A stretch of DNA of 64,000 bases, taken from Octopus vulgaris (Eukaryota). Positions 42,780 through 56,132 of the stretch are shown here, piece after piece. A program made the translations under genes and the position numbers. The stretch is from assembly GCA_951406725.2 (NCBI GenBank), contig OX597840.1:1860001-1924000 (forward strand). Reading direction: 5' to 3'. How positions within the stretch are numbered: position 1 is the stretch's first letter; the number at the start of each line of letters is the position of its first letter. The notes beneath the pieces were generated by a model. It made no database searches and had not been told where the DNA came from. It saw only the letters and a list, made by a program, of their open reading frames with translations.

Positions 42780-42994
42780 GACTGCCGTTGTTTTTATTGT
42801 TGTTACTGGTGGAGTTATTGTTGTTGTTGTTGTTGTTGTTGGTACTGCTGCTCTTCCCCTTCTTCTTCTTCTTCTTCTTCTTCTTCTCATTATTATTATT
42901 ATTATCATCATCATTATCATCATCAGTATTATATCATCATCATCATCATCATCATTATTTTTAATATTATCATTATTGGATATTGCTATTGTTA

Positions 42995-43061
<67 letters not shown>

Positions 43062-43111
43062 CATTATTATTATTATTATCATTATTATTATTATTATCAT
43101 CATCATCATCA

Positions 43112-43176
<65 letters not shown>

Positions 43177-43401
43177 ATTATTATTATGATTCCTATTGTT
43201 CTTATTGCTATTGCTGATATTATTAGTTGTTATTAGTGTTATCATTTCTGTTATTATTACTATTTTTATAATTATTTTCATTTATTATAATGACTGTTGT
43301 TGCTATTGTTATTATTACCTTCTACAATCATCATCATCGTCATCTTGATCGTCATGCTTCTTCTTCTTCTTCTTCTTATTATTATTATTATTATCATTAT
43401 T

Positions 43402-43433
<32 letters not shown>

Positions 43434-43435
43434 TA

Positions 43436-43472
<37 letters not shown>

Positions 43473-43534
43473 CATCATCATTATCATTATCATCATCATC
43501 ATTATTCTTATTCTTATTATTATTATCATCATCG

Positions 43535-43592
<58 letters not shown>

Positions 43593-43648
43593 TATTATTA
43601 TTATTATCATCGTCATCATTATTATTAGTATCATCGACATCATCATCA

Positions 43649-43722
<74 letters not shown>
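42780..43722. repeat. About 940-bp compound trinucleotide microsatellite (ATT/ATC/GTT/CTT)
   Basis: Read directly from the sequence. Confidence 0.95.
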
Positions 43723-43942
43723 GGAAGAACAATGCAGTGATTGTATAACACATTTGATTTTTCAATGCACAGTAATTAAAGCTAGGGCAAGACTACACAA
43801 TCAACTGTAGAAATCTTAATAATTAATACAAGCCGGGTTAATACTGAAGAGATTTCACCTATTACTATGCTTTAATATTGTACGAACAGCTGGAAATAAT
43901 TTAGTGCTTTTCACAGTATTCTCCAAAATAATGTGTAGCTTT

Positions 43943-44945
43943 ACGAGGTCTGAACAAAACGTATCGAGTCTGTTGCTATGGTAACAGAGCTATAGTAAGC
44001 AGAGTGACGCTGATTCTCAAAGATTGACCTTGAACTCTCTCCCGCATGCACGCTAAGATATAACATTGTTGCTCATTTATGTTCCTTGTAGCAGTGCTTG
44101 GAGTAAAGTATTGGCTTGTCCGGAAATTTCGTGCCGATTTATAGTAGCTTACCTTTCGATTTATTTTAGAACATGGTTGAGTCCATAAAATAGGATTTGA
44201 CTACACCTCCATTTAGAGCACAGTTTAAGCTATCTTTTCGTGGAAGAAGGTTTATGTTCCTATAACCTGTGTTAATTTTGTAACCCTTTAAAATGGAAGA
44301 TAAGAAAGTTCATTTTCGGCGATAGATTCTTTGGGAACCAGGCAAAAATTGCTGCAGCTCGGCTGGGATGTGTTACCCAACCCTCCATATTCACCAGCTA
44401 TTGCTCCTTCGGATTTCCCCTTATTCAGATCTCTGCAGAATAGTCTTAATGTTAAAAATTTCAATTCCTTGGATGACATAAAAAGATACCTTGATGAATT
44501 CTTTGCTATGAAACCACCTGAATTCTGGGAAGAGGGTATTTTCAAGTTAAAAGAAAGATGGAGACTCACTGTGAATCAAAATGGTTCAAATTTGGTTGAT
44601 TAAAAATGTAATGGCAAGTATTTATTGACCTTTTTCTTTCTTTTAAAAATCGGTACAAACTTTCCAGACAACCCAATATATAGGATGTGGTCGTCTCAGA
44701 AAAGATGATCAGGTTTTAGCTGCGCAGGATCTCCTTGTTTGTGTCAACGAAGACGGATAGTTCGAAAACGACCATAACAGATTATGAATCATTTGTGTGT
44801 ACCTATGACCCCGAAACGAAGGCTCAGCTTTTGCAGAGGCAGACTCTCTGCAAGACTTCATGACATTGAGGAAATCCATGAAAATATGGCGAACCAGTTG
44901 CTCCCTATTCCAACAGAGGATTTACAGGAATGCTGCAACAAGAAT
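43943..44945 (+). mobile_element. Older, internally deleted mariner-like element (host of a nested insertion)
   Basis: 5' end TACGAGGTCTG; after the insertion, decayed ITDYESFVCTYDPETKAQ (TGDESW..YDPETK motif) and RLHDIEEIHEN...IPTEDLQEC. Confidence 0.65.
44111..44676 (+). mobile_element. Mariner (DD34D) internal-deletion derivative, 566 bp
   Basis: About 30-bp TIRs TTGGCTTGTCCGGAAATTTCGTGCCGATTT / AAATCGGTACAAACTTTCCAGACAACCCAA, TA on both sides; LGWDVLPNPPYSPAIAPSDFPLFRSLQN. Confidence 0.9.
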
Positions 44946-45079
44946 ACAAGTGAACGCGTAAAACAAGACGAAGCTCTTTATAAGCCTCTTAAACATTCAG
45001 TGATTAGATTTAGGGATTTTAAGAAGCCGTTTTGAGTGTTGTGAGTTCAGACCCTGTTAAGGACGAATATATTTATAAA

Positions 45080-45499
45080 TTTTACTCTATTACTCTTTTA
45101 TTCTTTTACTTGTTCCAGTCATTTCACTGCGGCCATGCTGGAGCACCGCCTTTTTAATCGAGCAGCTCGACCCCGGGACTTATTCTTTGTAAGCCCAGTA
45201 CTTATTCTATTGGTCTCTTTTACCAAACCGCTAAGTGACGGGGACATAAACACACCAGCATCGGTTGTCAAGCAATTCTAGGGGGACAAACACAAACATA
45301 CATACACACATATATATACATATATATACATATATTCGACGGGCTTCTTTCAGTTTCCGTCTACCAAATCCACTCACAAGGCTTTAGTCGGTCCGAGGCT
45401 CTAGTAGAAGACAGTTGCCCAAGGTCCCACGCAGTGGGACTGAAACCGGAACCATATGATTGGTAAACAAGCTACTTACCACACAGCCACTTCTGCGCC
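45080..45499 (-). mobile_element. SINE family A, full length
   Basis: Match to family A. Confidence 0.9.
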
Positions 45500-45794
45500 T
45501 ATTGTTGAGAAAAATATGAAACATTTAATTTGTAATGGCTTTCAATTTCGTAATATATATGTACCTGCTTATTTTGAATATTTGGTCAAATACGTAATTT
45601 TAGTTTGATAATTGTGAAGAGGAGAAGAAAGACGAGAAAGAGATGGAGGGCAAGTGAGTACAAACACAAGAGAGGCAGGAAGAGGAATCGAAGAATGAAA
45701 CTATGATGATGGAAGACGATGACTGGGGTTTATGATGTTGAGGACAAGAACAAAAAGAAAGATGAGAAAAAGAAGGGAGAAACAGCAGCATAAA

Positions 45795-45839
45795 ACCAGC
45801 AGCAGCAGCAGCAGCAGCAGTGGCAGCAACAGCAGTAGC

Positions 45840-45907
<68 letters not shown>

Positions 45908-46137
45908 TAGTAGTAGTAGTAGTAGTAGCAGTAGTAGTAGTAGTAGTAGTTGTAGTAGTAGTATTAGTAGTAGTAGCTGCAGAAGCATCGACGGCGGTAG
46001 TAGTAGTAGTAGTAGTAGTAGTAGTCGTATTAATGCTAGTTTTAGTAGTAGCAGCTGCAGAAGCAGCAACAGCGGTAGTAGTAGTAGTAGTAGTAATACT
46101 AGTTTTACTAGTAGTAGCTTCAGAAGAAGCAACAGCG

Positions 46138-46168
<31 letters not shown>

Positions 46169-46290
46169 CTGCTGAGGCAGCTGCAGTGATAGTAGTAGTA
46201 TTAGTAGTACTAGCAGTAGCACCTGTAGCAGAAGGCACATCAGCTGTGGTGGTGGTAGAGGTTGTGGTTGTGGTGTTGGTGGTGGTGGTC
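45795..46290. repeat. Compound (GTA)n/(GCA)n/(GTG)n microsatellite
   Basis: Read directly; source of the poly-T, poly-V and poly-S ORFs. Confidence 0.95.
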
Positions 46291-46458
46291 AAAATTCCTT
46301 GATTCGGTTGTTTTGAGTAAAAATCTTTCAGCTCTTAGTCCTCCTTGGGCCCAGTAAAATGGCTGAAACACCTTAAAAAAATAAAAGAGAAAAGATCTTT
46401 TGTTTTGTTTTGGTTTTGCTTGCGGATTGTTGTTGTTGTTGTTGCTGTACCTACTTTA

Positions 46459-46649
46459 TAAACAAGGACAGACAAACGGATTAAGTCGATTATATCGACT
46501 CCAGTGCGTAACTGGTACTTATTTAATCGACCCCGAAAGGATCAAATGCAAAGTCAACCTCGGGGAAATTTGAACTCAGACATAGCGACGGGCGAAATAC
46601 GGCTATGCATTTCGTCCAGCGGGCTAACGATTCTGGCAGCTTGCCGCCT
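46459..46649 (-). mobile_element. SINE family B
   Basis: AAACAAGGACAGACAAACGGATTAAGTCG...CAGCTTGCCGCCT. Confidence 0.85.
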
Positions 46650-46763
46650 TTGAACACTGTAAATAATGATGATGAAGATGAAGGGGAGGGGGAAGAGATA
46701 AAAAAAAACACAGGTGGACAAGATGAAAAGGTTTCAGAACCAGATGAAGGAGGAGCATATTAA

Positions 46764-46905
46764 GACGATGATGATGTGGAAGATGATGATGACGATGACG
46801 AAGATGATGTGGTGAGGATGATGGTGATGATGATGATGACAACGATGATGATGAGGATGATGATGATGATGTTGATGATGATGATGATGATGGTGATGAT
46901 GATGG

Positions 46906-46944
<39 letters not shown>

Positions 46945-47009
46945 GGTTGATGATGATGACGATGATGATGATGATGATGATGATGGTGATGATGATGGTG
47001 ATGATGATG

Positions 47010-47069
<60 letters not shown>

Positions 47070-47163
47070 GTGAGGATGATGGTGATGATGATGATGACAA
47101 CGATGATGATGAGGATGATGATGATGATGTTGATGATGATGATGATGATGGTGATGATGATGG

Positions 47164-47199
<36 letters not shown>

Positions 47200-47285
47200 G
47201 GTTGATGATGATGACGATGATGATGATGATGATGATGATAATGGTGATGATGGTGATGATGATGATGATGATGATGGTGATGACA
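46764..47285. repeat. (GAT)n tract with a 258-bp higher-order duplication
   Basis: GGTGAGG at 46811 and 47069; GACAACG at 46838 and 47096. Confidence 0.9.
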
Positions 47286-47664
47286 GAAGAGGTGTTAGTG
47301 ATGGTGATAAAGGACGAGGAGAATTAGTAGCAGCAGAACAATAAAAACAGATGAAACCCGCGAGAAAGAAAGAAAAGAAAGAAAAGAAGAAGAGGCTAGA
47401 CGGAACAGGCGTTGGTGACGGTAATGATGATCGTGATCATGATGATGATGACGATGATTATTATTACTATGACGATTGCGATGATGATGATCTATAATTT
47501 TCTGAACATGATTAATAGGTCTTCGTTACATAAAATATATTAATTAGAATTAATTAACTGGTAAAGGTGACAACAGTATTAGTCAATGACTAATATTATT
47601 TTAATCTTCTCTTAGTTATTATTTTTATTATTAATGTTATAATGATTATCATCATCCTCATCCA

Positions 47665-47720
<56 letters not shown>

Positions 47721-47993
47721 GCATTCACTTGGCAAGACCAGAAGACAGCTCCGAACAACTTCAGAATGTAATCAGACATTATCAACGAATGAATGCTTGC
47801 AATGTTCTTGTTAGATGATAACTACATACAACTCACAGTCAAAAGTGTAAAACAATGATGAACATTTCTTGTTCATTCGGGAAGGTCATTATGCTAAAAA
47901 TATTACGCACACATACACTGGTTCCGTTTCACTTCTTTATTATTTGTCAAGTGGTTAAATATTTAACCCATAAAATTTGAGAATCGAAAAGAT

Positions 47994-48443
47994 ACTCTTT
48001 ACTATCTTTTACTCTTCTACTTGTTTCAGTCATTTGACTGCGGCCATGCTGGAGCACCGCCTTTTAGTCGAGCAAATCGACCCCAGGACTTATTCTTTGT
48101 AAGCCTAGTACTTATTCTATCGGTCTCTTTCTGCTGAACCGCCAAGTGACGGGGACATAAACACATCAGCATCGGTAGTCAAGCGATGTTGGTGGGGGGG
48201 GGACAAACACATATATACACACACATACATATATATATATATATATGTACATATATATATATAAAGTTAATCCAAACAAGAAAGTACGAGAAACACAACA
48301 ACGCGAGGATGCGGAACAAATATAGTATTACTGAAGGCTCAGGAAAGAAGGAGGGCTAAACGGTTCGAGCGGGGCTCTTCGTCGGAAACATAGGAGAAGG
48401 AAAGATCCAGAGAAGGGAAGACAGTGGAAAAAAATCGCCAACG

Positions 48444-48532
<89 letters not shown>

Positions 48533-48655
48533 TACGACGGGATTCTTTCAGTTTACGTCTGCCAATTACAACCACAAGGTCTGGTCGGCCCGAGGCAATA
48601 GTAGCAGACACATGTTCAAGGTGGCACACAGTGGGACGGAACCCGGAACCATGTG
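47994..48655 (-). mobile_element. SINE family A split by an H1 element
   Basis: 3' half at 47994-48215, 5' half at 48530-48655. Confidence 0.85.
48263..48446 (-). mobile_element. Hammerhead element family H1, decayed
   Basis: Core CCGACGA...GAACCGUU; homologous to 18203-18400. Confidence 0.8.
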
Positions 48656-49049
48656 TCAATCTTTCATATTTGTTAAAGTGTTTTCGTCATCATCTGCGGC
48701 TTTCTCATAGATATGCCGCTGGGTAGAGACAGCTTATCGTTTATCGACAAATTCATTTCATTGACAACAGAGTACCGTTTGAGAAATACTCATTAACACC
48801 TACCCCGAAAGAAAGATGTAGCTTTAGGCGTAATTAAAAATAATGAAAAAAGAATCAGGTCTCAGAAGTGATGGTGGTAGCGGCAGATGATGGCTTTTTG
48901 TTTAGCGATTGTTAAAACAATAGTCGTCCTTACATGGCGTCTGAAGATTGACAAGAAAGAAAGCTTTGGCATAAAATGAAAATATCTGGCATTTGAAAGA
49001 CTAGGATTTGACACGTTAAAAACAAAGACCTTCATAATGATCTACCTCC

Positions 49050-49080
<31 letters not shown>

Positions 49081-49145
49081 GCACATATATATATATATAT
49101 ACATATATACATACATATATTATACACACACACGCACGCATGTAT

Positions 49146-49179
<34 letters not shown>

Positions 49180-49282
49180 GATGGATTCTCTCTTCGTGAA
49201 AGATAAATGAGGGTTCAACTAAACACTCTATTGGGAATTGGCCAAAGTCATGTATACATACATATATGTATTATATTTTTAT

Positions 49283-49330
<48 letters not shown>

Positions 49331-49334
<4 letters not shown>

Positions 49335-49630
49335 ATAATGTTAGATTACTCGGTAGTCAAGATAAAACTCTGAGTTTCAGATGCCGAAGTGGAAATCCAC
49401 AACACCATCTCTTCGGTTATCTGGCTATATGAAAACGCTATGAAAAAATCACAGCGTTTTCAAATAGCCAGATAACCGAAGAGATGGTGTTGTGGATTTC
49501 CACTTCGGCATCTGAAACTCAGAGTTTTATCTTGACTACCGAGTAATGTAACATATTATTGTATAGATAAATTTCCTCTATTTACATAATATTGAGGTCT
49601 CTTTCTTTCTTTTGTTATCTTCCCGTTTTA

Positions 49631-49633
<3 letters not shown>
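49331..49633. mobile_element. Head-to-head inverted element end forming a ~230-bp hairpin, with a hammerhead-like motif in each arm
   Basis: Arms 49331-49443 and 49449-49560, AAAAA loop; plus strand 49470-49532 reads AGAUAA CCGAAGA GAUG..CAUC U GAAAC UCAGA GUU UUAUCU; (TA)n on both sides. Confidence 0.75.
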
Positions 49634-49684
<51 letters not shown>

Positions 49685-50452
49685 TATGTATATATATATA
49701 TATATACATATATGTATGCATATATATATATATTTGTTATATATGTATACATATAATAAATGTATATATACACATATCTATATATATCTACATATGCACA
49801 TCTATTGTATATATATTGATGTTCATATATATATATATACATACATATATATATACATACATTGGTAGGTATGCACACATGCATACAAATGCTCTCATAT
49901 ATATATACATAAATATAGGCTATGATTGTAAAGAATATTAAGAGACGTGATAATTGCTAATGATAACCATTAGATGATGTTCATGATGATGATAAAGATG
50001 TCGACGCCGACAACGACAACGACGACGATGACAATGATGATGATGATGATGATGATGACGATCATGATGACGACGACGACAAAGGCGGTGACATGGACGT
50101 TTGTGATACTTTTCGATAATGGTGATGAATACGATGGCAACACAGATAATCATGGTGACAACGGTGGCAATGTTATTTGTCACAGATGACGTTGTGGTTA
50201 TTAAAGTGATGCAGGCATATCCATTTACTCAATATATTATGTTGTATGTTTTGACAGATTTCTCTGCATCTATGGAAGAAAAAAAATGTCAATATTCATT
50301 AAAATAAAAAAAAATTAGTTTTGGTAAACGCAAACACGCGACAATATATTTTACTTGCACAAAAATGTATTAGTTCAAGTACATACATACTTATTTGTAT
50401 ACACTAACATACGTGAATACACGGATATAAGCAAATTTATACATATATAAAT

Positions 50453-50492
<40 letters not shown>

Positions 50493-50713
50493 CATAAATG
50501 TATATATATACATATATATACATATATATAGACATACATATAATGCATACATATATATACATATATATATATATATGTGTATATAAATACATATATATAT
50601 ATAAATGTATGTATATATGTATAACATATATTATGTATTAAATATGTGTGGTGTGTGTGTAGCTATCTACTTATCTATCTACTTCTCTTTCTTTCTCTCC
50701 AACACCCACGCAC

Positions 50714-50775
<62 letters not shown>

Positions 50776-50859
50776 TATATATATATTTATATATATGTAT
50801 ATAAATGTGTATATATTTATATGTATATATATATATGTGTGTAAAATATATATAAATAT

Positions 50860-50930
<71 letters not shown>

Positions 50931-51299
50931 CGCGAAGCAGTGATAAAGAATAAGCAAATTTATTTGTTGGTAAAAATATGTTTGTGACATGTTTTAACTA
51001 CTAAAGTGAAATTCACTTAAGCTACGGTGTAGAATTGTAGTCTCTCCTATGGTTTATACAAGGTAAAATGTGTAATAACATCAAGTCTAAAATATGTGAC
51101 ATGTATTTTAACTAAACAAAAGTTCGTTTATTGTTAATCAAGGCTTGGCTCTTATGCTGTTGTGTTTATTCTGACCAGGCGGTCCTTTTGAGCGAATTTG
51201 AATCTGGGCATAGTTATGTGTATTCGGGGCTGCCTATTGAGTGAAGTTAAGGAGTGAAACACACGCAAGAAGGAAAGACTGGTTGGTTATGGGGTCATT

Positions 51300-51862
51300 A
51301 AAGAAGAAGGGAAATGAAGAATATGGGGCGGTGAGGGGAGAAGGAGGAGGAGGTGGAGAAGGACGAGGAAAAGGAGGAGGATGGAGAAGATGAAGTAAAA
51401 TGAGCAAGAGGAAAAATAAGAAGAATGAGCATGAGGGAAAAAGAAGAAATAGCAGGAAGGGAGAAGAAGAAGAAGAAGAAGAAGAAGGAGAAGAAGAAGA
51501 AGAAGAAGAAGAAGAAGAAGAAGAAGAAGAAGAAGAAGAATGAGCAGGAGCGAAAAGAAGATTAGAAGTGGAAGAAGGTGAAGAAATAAAGAAAAAGAAA
51601 AAGAAGAAAAGAAAAGAAGAAGAAGAAGAAGAAGAAGAAGAAGAAGAAGAATGAGCAGGAGGGAAAAGAAGATTAGAAGTGGAAGGTGAAGAAGTAAAGA
51701 AAAAGAAAAAGAAGAAAAGAAAAAAAGAAGAAGAAGAAGAAGAAAGAGAACAAGACTGTAAAAGAAGAAGAAGGAGGAGGAGAAGAAGAAGAAGAAGAAG
51801 AAGAAGAAGAAGAAGAAGAAGAAGAAGAAGAAGAAGAAGAAGAAGAAGAAGAAGAAGAAGAT
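51300..51862. repeat. Polypurine (GAA)n tract with an internal duplication of about 110 bp
   Basis: GAATGAGCAGGAG..AAAAGAAGATTAGAAGTGGAAG occurs near 51538 and near 51648. Confidence 0.9.
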
Positions 51863-52033
51863 ATGACAGCCGATGGTAATGAAGATGAGAAATATTAAGC
51901 AGGTGGTGGATTTGGAGAAGGATTGAGAGGCGAAAGATTGGGGAGGGAGAAGAGGAGGAGGAGGGGCAAGGCGCAAAATGTAAAAAATTGTGAAGGAAAA
52001 AAAGCATTAAAGAGAAAATGGAAAACCTATGAC

Positions 52034-52081
<48 letters not shown>

Positions 52082-52476
52082 GATGATGCATAAGGGAAAA
52101 AAGATGAGAGAAGAACAAAAATTATCTTTCAAAATCTATAAAATGATGATGAGATGAAGAATGATGAAAAGACAAAGATGGAAAGGAAAAAAATAAAATG
52201 CGATAAAATGGAATCAATGCGAAATTGATGAATATCTTCGTAGCACCAAGGGTGGTGGCCACGGAAATGGAATTATAAAAATCTATATGTGATTTTCAGC
52301 ACTAAGAAAAAAGAAAACTTAATTCATAACTGGAGTAGCTGTCGGTGGTAAGTTTTATATTCTTCTGATACACCCACACACGGCGCTGCCACTGTTCTGG
52401 AAGATTCTTATGAAGAATATATATCAAAAAAAGTATTTGCAATGACGATGATGACGACGACGACGACGACGACGAC

Positions 52477-52511
<35 letters not shown>

Positions 52512-52520
52512 CGACGATGG

Positions 52521-52573
<53 letters not shown>

Positions 52574-52672
52574 GTGATTATGGTGATGATGATGATGGTA
52601 GTGGTGATGATTATGATGAGGAGGAAGTGGATGTTAACAACAACAACAACAACAACAATAATAATAATAATA

Positions 52673-52775
52673 GTGCCTGGTGTACCCTTATCAGACGGGT
52701 AGTCATGATGGGTATACTGGGCTTCATATATTTTACCCCAGTATCACTTTCATGGCATGCACTGCTCTCTCACTC
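52673..52775 (+). mobile_element. 5'-truncated copy of the (TAA)n-inserted non-coding element at 54993-55446
   Basis: Shared 3' end GGCATGCACTGCTCTCTCACTC followed by (TAA)n. Confidence 0.75.
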
Positions 52776-52829
<54 letters not shown>

Positions 52830-52834
52830 TTCTA

Positions 52835-53011
52835 TTTTAAGACAAAAGGACTAAAGTTTTGTGGGAGGGGATTACATCGCCCCCGCCAAGAATTCCACTG
52901 GTACTTATTTCATCGACCCCGAAAGGATAGAAATCAAAGTCGACCTCGGCGGAATTTGAACGCAGTACGTAGCAGCAAACAAAATACTGCTAAGCATTTT
53001 GCTCGCCGCCT
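52835..53011 (-). mobile_element. SINE family B
   Basis: GACCCCGAAAGGAT...AAAGTCGACCTCGGCGGAATTTGAAC. Confidence 0.8.
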
Positions 53012-53012
53012 C

Positions 53013-53082
<70 letters not shown>

Positions 53083-53090
53083 TAATGATG

Positions 53091-53147
<57 letters not shown>

Positions 53148-53149
<2 letters not shown>

Positions 53150-54356
53150 CGAGGCAGATGCAAACACATTTTACAGGCAAATTGGCAAAAGCATGATGGA
53201 AGTAAACGAGATACCTAAGGCTGAGGAAATGGAAAAGTTCTTGAAGAAGATATGGAGCAACAAAATGGAATATAGTGCTGAAGCTCACTGGGTAGAAACT
53301 GGGAAATTGAGAATGGATGTCTGTCCTAGTTTGTTCCCTCTATGTTTAGCCCCTTGTGGGCAATAAAGAAATAAGAAATGGGAGGCAATAGGGGTAGAAA
53401 AGCTGTGATGTGTTCTTAGAAAGTTTCACAAACGGCGAACCCCAGGTCTGGATCGGATGCCTGACATCTGGCTGAATTGTTTGATAGAAATACATCAAAA
53501 TTTTGCTGCATCCCTATCTGATGTCATTGAGAGCCCAGACCAAATACCTGCCAGGCTGACCAAAGGAAGAACCGTGGTCGAGACAATGGAATTTACCATG
53601 CTACACCAGACTCTCACGGTCCATCTTGGTATTACAGAGGTCCTGTTGCTGGATGCCTGTATCCCTGGAGATTACATCAGGGTAGGAGAGTGTGCGCCCT
53701 CTGGTATTGCGAGTAGATGGCTTCCAGAGGAGAAGAGTAGAAATTACCTCTTTTTCAGCTCTACAGCAATGTCCAGCAAACTGGACTCTCTTACCTTTCA
53801 CAAGAAATGACACAGGTGGTAGTTTCCCATATATTTGCATTTTGGTTGGATGGCGCTTCCACGAGAGATTTTCAGCTCTCATAAGGAGGCGAGTGTAGGT
53901 TCCATCCAACCGCCTCTCAAGCTTCTTTGATAACGTCCAGGTTACTGAGCCATATAGTAGAATTGGTTCGACTGTGGCTTTGAAGATTTCAAGTTTGAAG
54001 TCTCTACTTAGATTTGATGACCAGATCTTATGCATATCATTACAGGCTGACCAGGAAGAACATACCTTCTATTAAAAACTGAAGACACGAAAAATTGGAA
54101 GAAATACCGAACGATAATTTATCTCAACATCACCTACAGAATCCTCGCATCCATATTAACTGAATGAATATATACTTTCCTTGAAGAGAATTCTATCCTT
54201 CCAGAAGCTCAAAAAGGTTAAAAGGAATTCTTATGGATGCAAAGATCAATTACTCATAAATAAAATGATTGTAGAGATTTGCCGGAGTAACAATAAGCTG
54301 CGTATGGTATGGACAGACTACAGGAAAATTTTTTGATAGTGTCCCACATAATTGGA
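53148..54356 (+). pseudogene. Dong/R4-clade RT fragment, interrupted by a SINE B tail (53318-53378) and an RTE insertion
   Basis: FYRQIGK..IP....EKFLKKIWS; PGLDRMPDIWL; LTKGRT|YLLLK...KYRTIIYLNITYRILASIL; QKG; GCKDQLLINKMI; WTDYRKIFDSVPHNW; starts directly after (TAA)n. Confidence 0.85.
53573..54052 (-). mobile_element. 5'-truncated RTE-group LINE with TSD
   Basis: KIWSSNLSRDFKLEIFKATVEPILLYGSVTWTL...RVQFAGHC..; AGGAAGAAC duplicated at 53564-53572 and 54053-54061. Confidence 0.9.
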
Positions 54357-54377
54357 AACTCAAGGCACTTGAGATAT

Positions 54378-54610
54378 ATGGGTGTGTTTATGAGCGAAAC
54401 ACCTAAGCTCCGCGCGGCGGCTCCGGCTGAAGGTAATGGCGAACTTCTGCTTATTTCGCCACAACTTCCTCTCACTTTTTTCTTCTGCAACTTGTAGCTC
54501 ACCTGCGACGACACGGCGTCCCATCCAGGTGGGGAACCTATATGCCAAGGAAACCGGGAAAACCGGCCCTATGAGCCAGGCATGGCTCCAGAAGGAACAA
54601 ACAACAACAA
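54378..54610 (+). mobile_element. Headless SINE related to family C, with a V/Meta-SINE-like central motif and (CAA) tail
   Basis: GAGCGAAACACCTAAGCTCC shared with family C; CCTGCGA...GGCGTCCCATCCAGG...GAAACCGG. Confidence 0.55.
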
Positions 54611-54761
54611 AATCAACAAAATCAACAACCTGTGCCAGTCGTTGAAGGTAAAAATGTCACTACCCTCGGGGATTTTCCAGTCAACACAAACAGAACGATC
54701 CAGGCTAATCCTAGACATAATCTTTAAAAAGTATGACTACTACTACTACTACTACTACTAT

Positions 54762-54804
<43 letters not shown>

Positions 54805-54860
54805 GCTACCACCACCTACTTCCACTACTACTACTACTACTACTACTACTAATACTACTC

Positions 54861-54972
<112 letters not shown>

Positions 54973-54992
54973 TAATAACAATAATAATAATA

Positions 54993-55446
54993 TTCTGCTC
55001 AATACCACAGATTTGCTTTGACCTTAACCATCAGTTGTTTGACCTTAACCAGTTGACCATGTCCCTTAGTGGCTGACGATATGTGCATCTCTGATCACGA
55101 GCAGAAGTAGTGGGGGAGCATCATAGCCATGTGTTGAGAGGGATTCTTTGGGGTTTGAATAATTCACCTCTGGAAACATAGGTGTTTCGTTCAACATCCT
55201 AAAGCAACCCTTATTCAGGGACCTTTTGAGCAGGATGGGCTACTCAACCCGAAGAAAATTCTAACTGGGCCCCACCTGCAAGGTCATGTGCTGTTTATCT
55301 TGATATGAGATCACCATGTCGCGCACATATGGTTGTGATGAATGTGCCTGGTGCACGCTTATCAGGCGGGTAGTCATGATGGGTATATTGGGCTTCGTAT
55401 ATTTTACCCCAGTGTCACTTTGATGGCATGCACTGCTCTCTCACTC
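54993..55446 (+). mobile_element. Non-coding ~450-bp element inserted in (TAA)n
   Basis: Flanked by long (TAA)n; its 3' 100 bp recurs at 52673-52775. Confidence 0.7.
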
Positions 55447-55447
55447 G

Positions 55448-55521
<74 letters not shown>

Positions 55522-55522
55522 G

Positions 55523-55637
<115 letters not shown>

Positions 55638-55641
55638 GTAA

Positions 55642-55720
<79 letters not shown>

Positions 55721-56083
55721 GTAATAAAAATAATAATAATAATAACTAATAATAATAACAGCGATGATGATGATTAGAATCTTTTACGATGCATTAAACC
55801 GCCTACTACAAAAAAGTTTGGAGAATGATTTCCAATGATTGTGATCGCCCAGCCACACCGTCTTCATAAATGAATATTGGGAGGTTGAGAATGTAAGTAT
55901 GTATGAGGAATTAAATGCAAAAAAGAGACGTGAACGAACAAAGAAAATATGGTTACATTTACCAGGTGATAAATATAAAGATACGCCGCTGTATACATCT
56001 ACATACATAGATAGATGCATGTATGTGCTTCCATCCCATCTCCTTATACAGAAATGTACATATATATACATATATATATAGAC

Positions 56084-56132
<49 letters not shown>

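Noticed and set aside
45600-46292. Thr/Ala-rich mucin-like ORF
   Set aside because: It is a compound (ACT)/(GCT) microsatellite like others in the window; no signal peptide or splice evidence.
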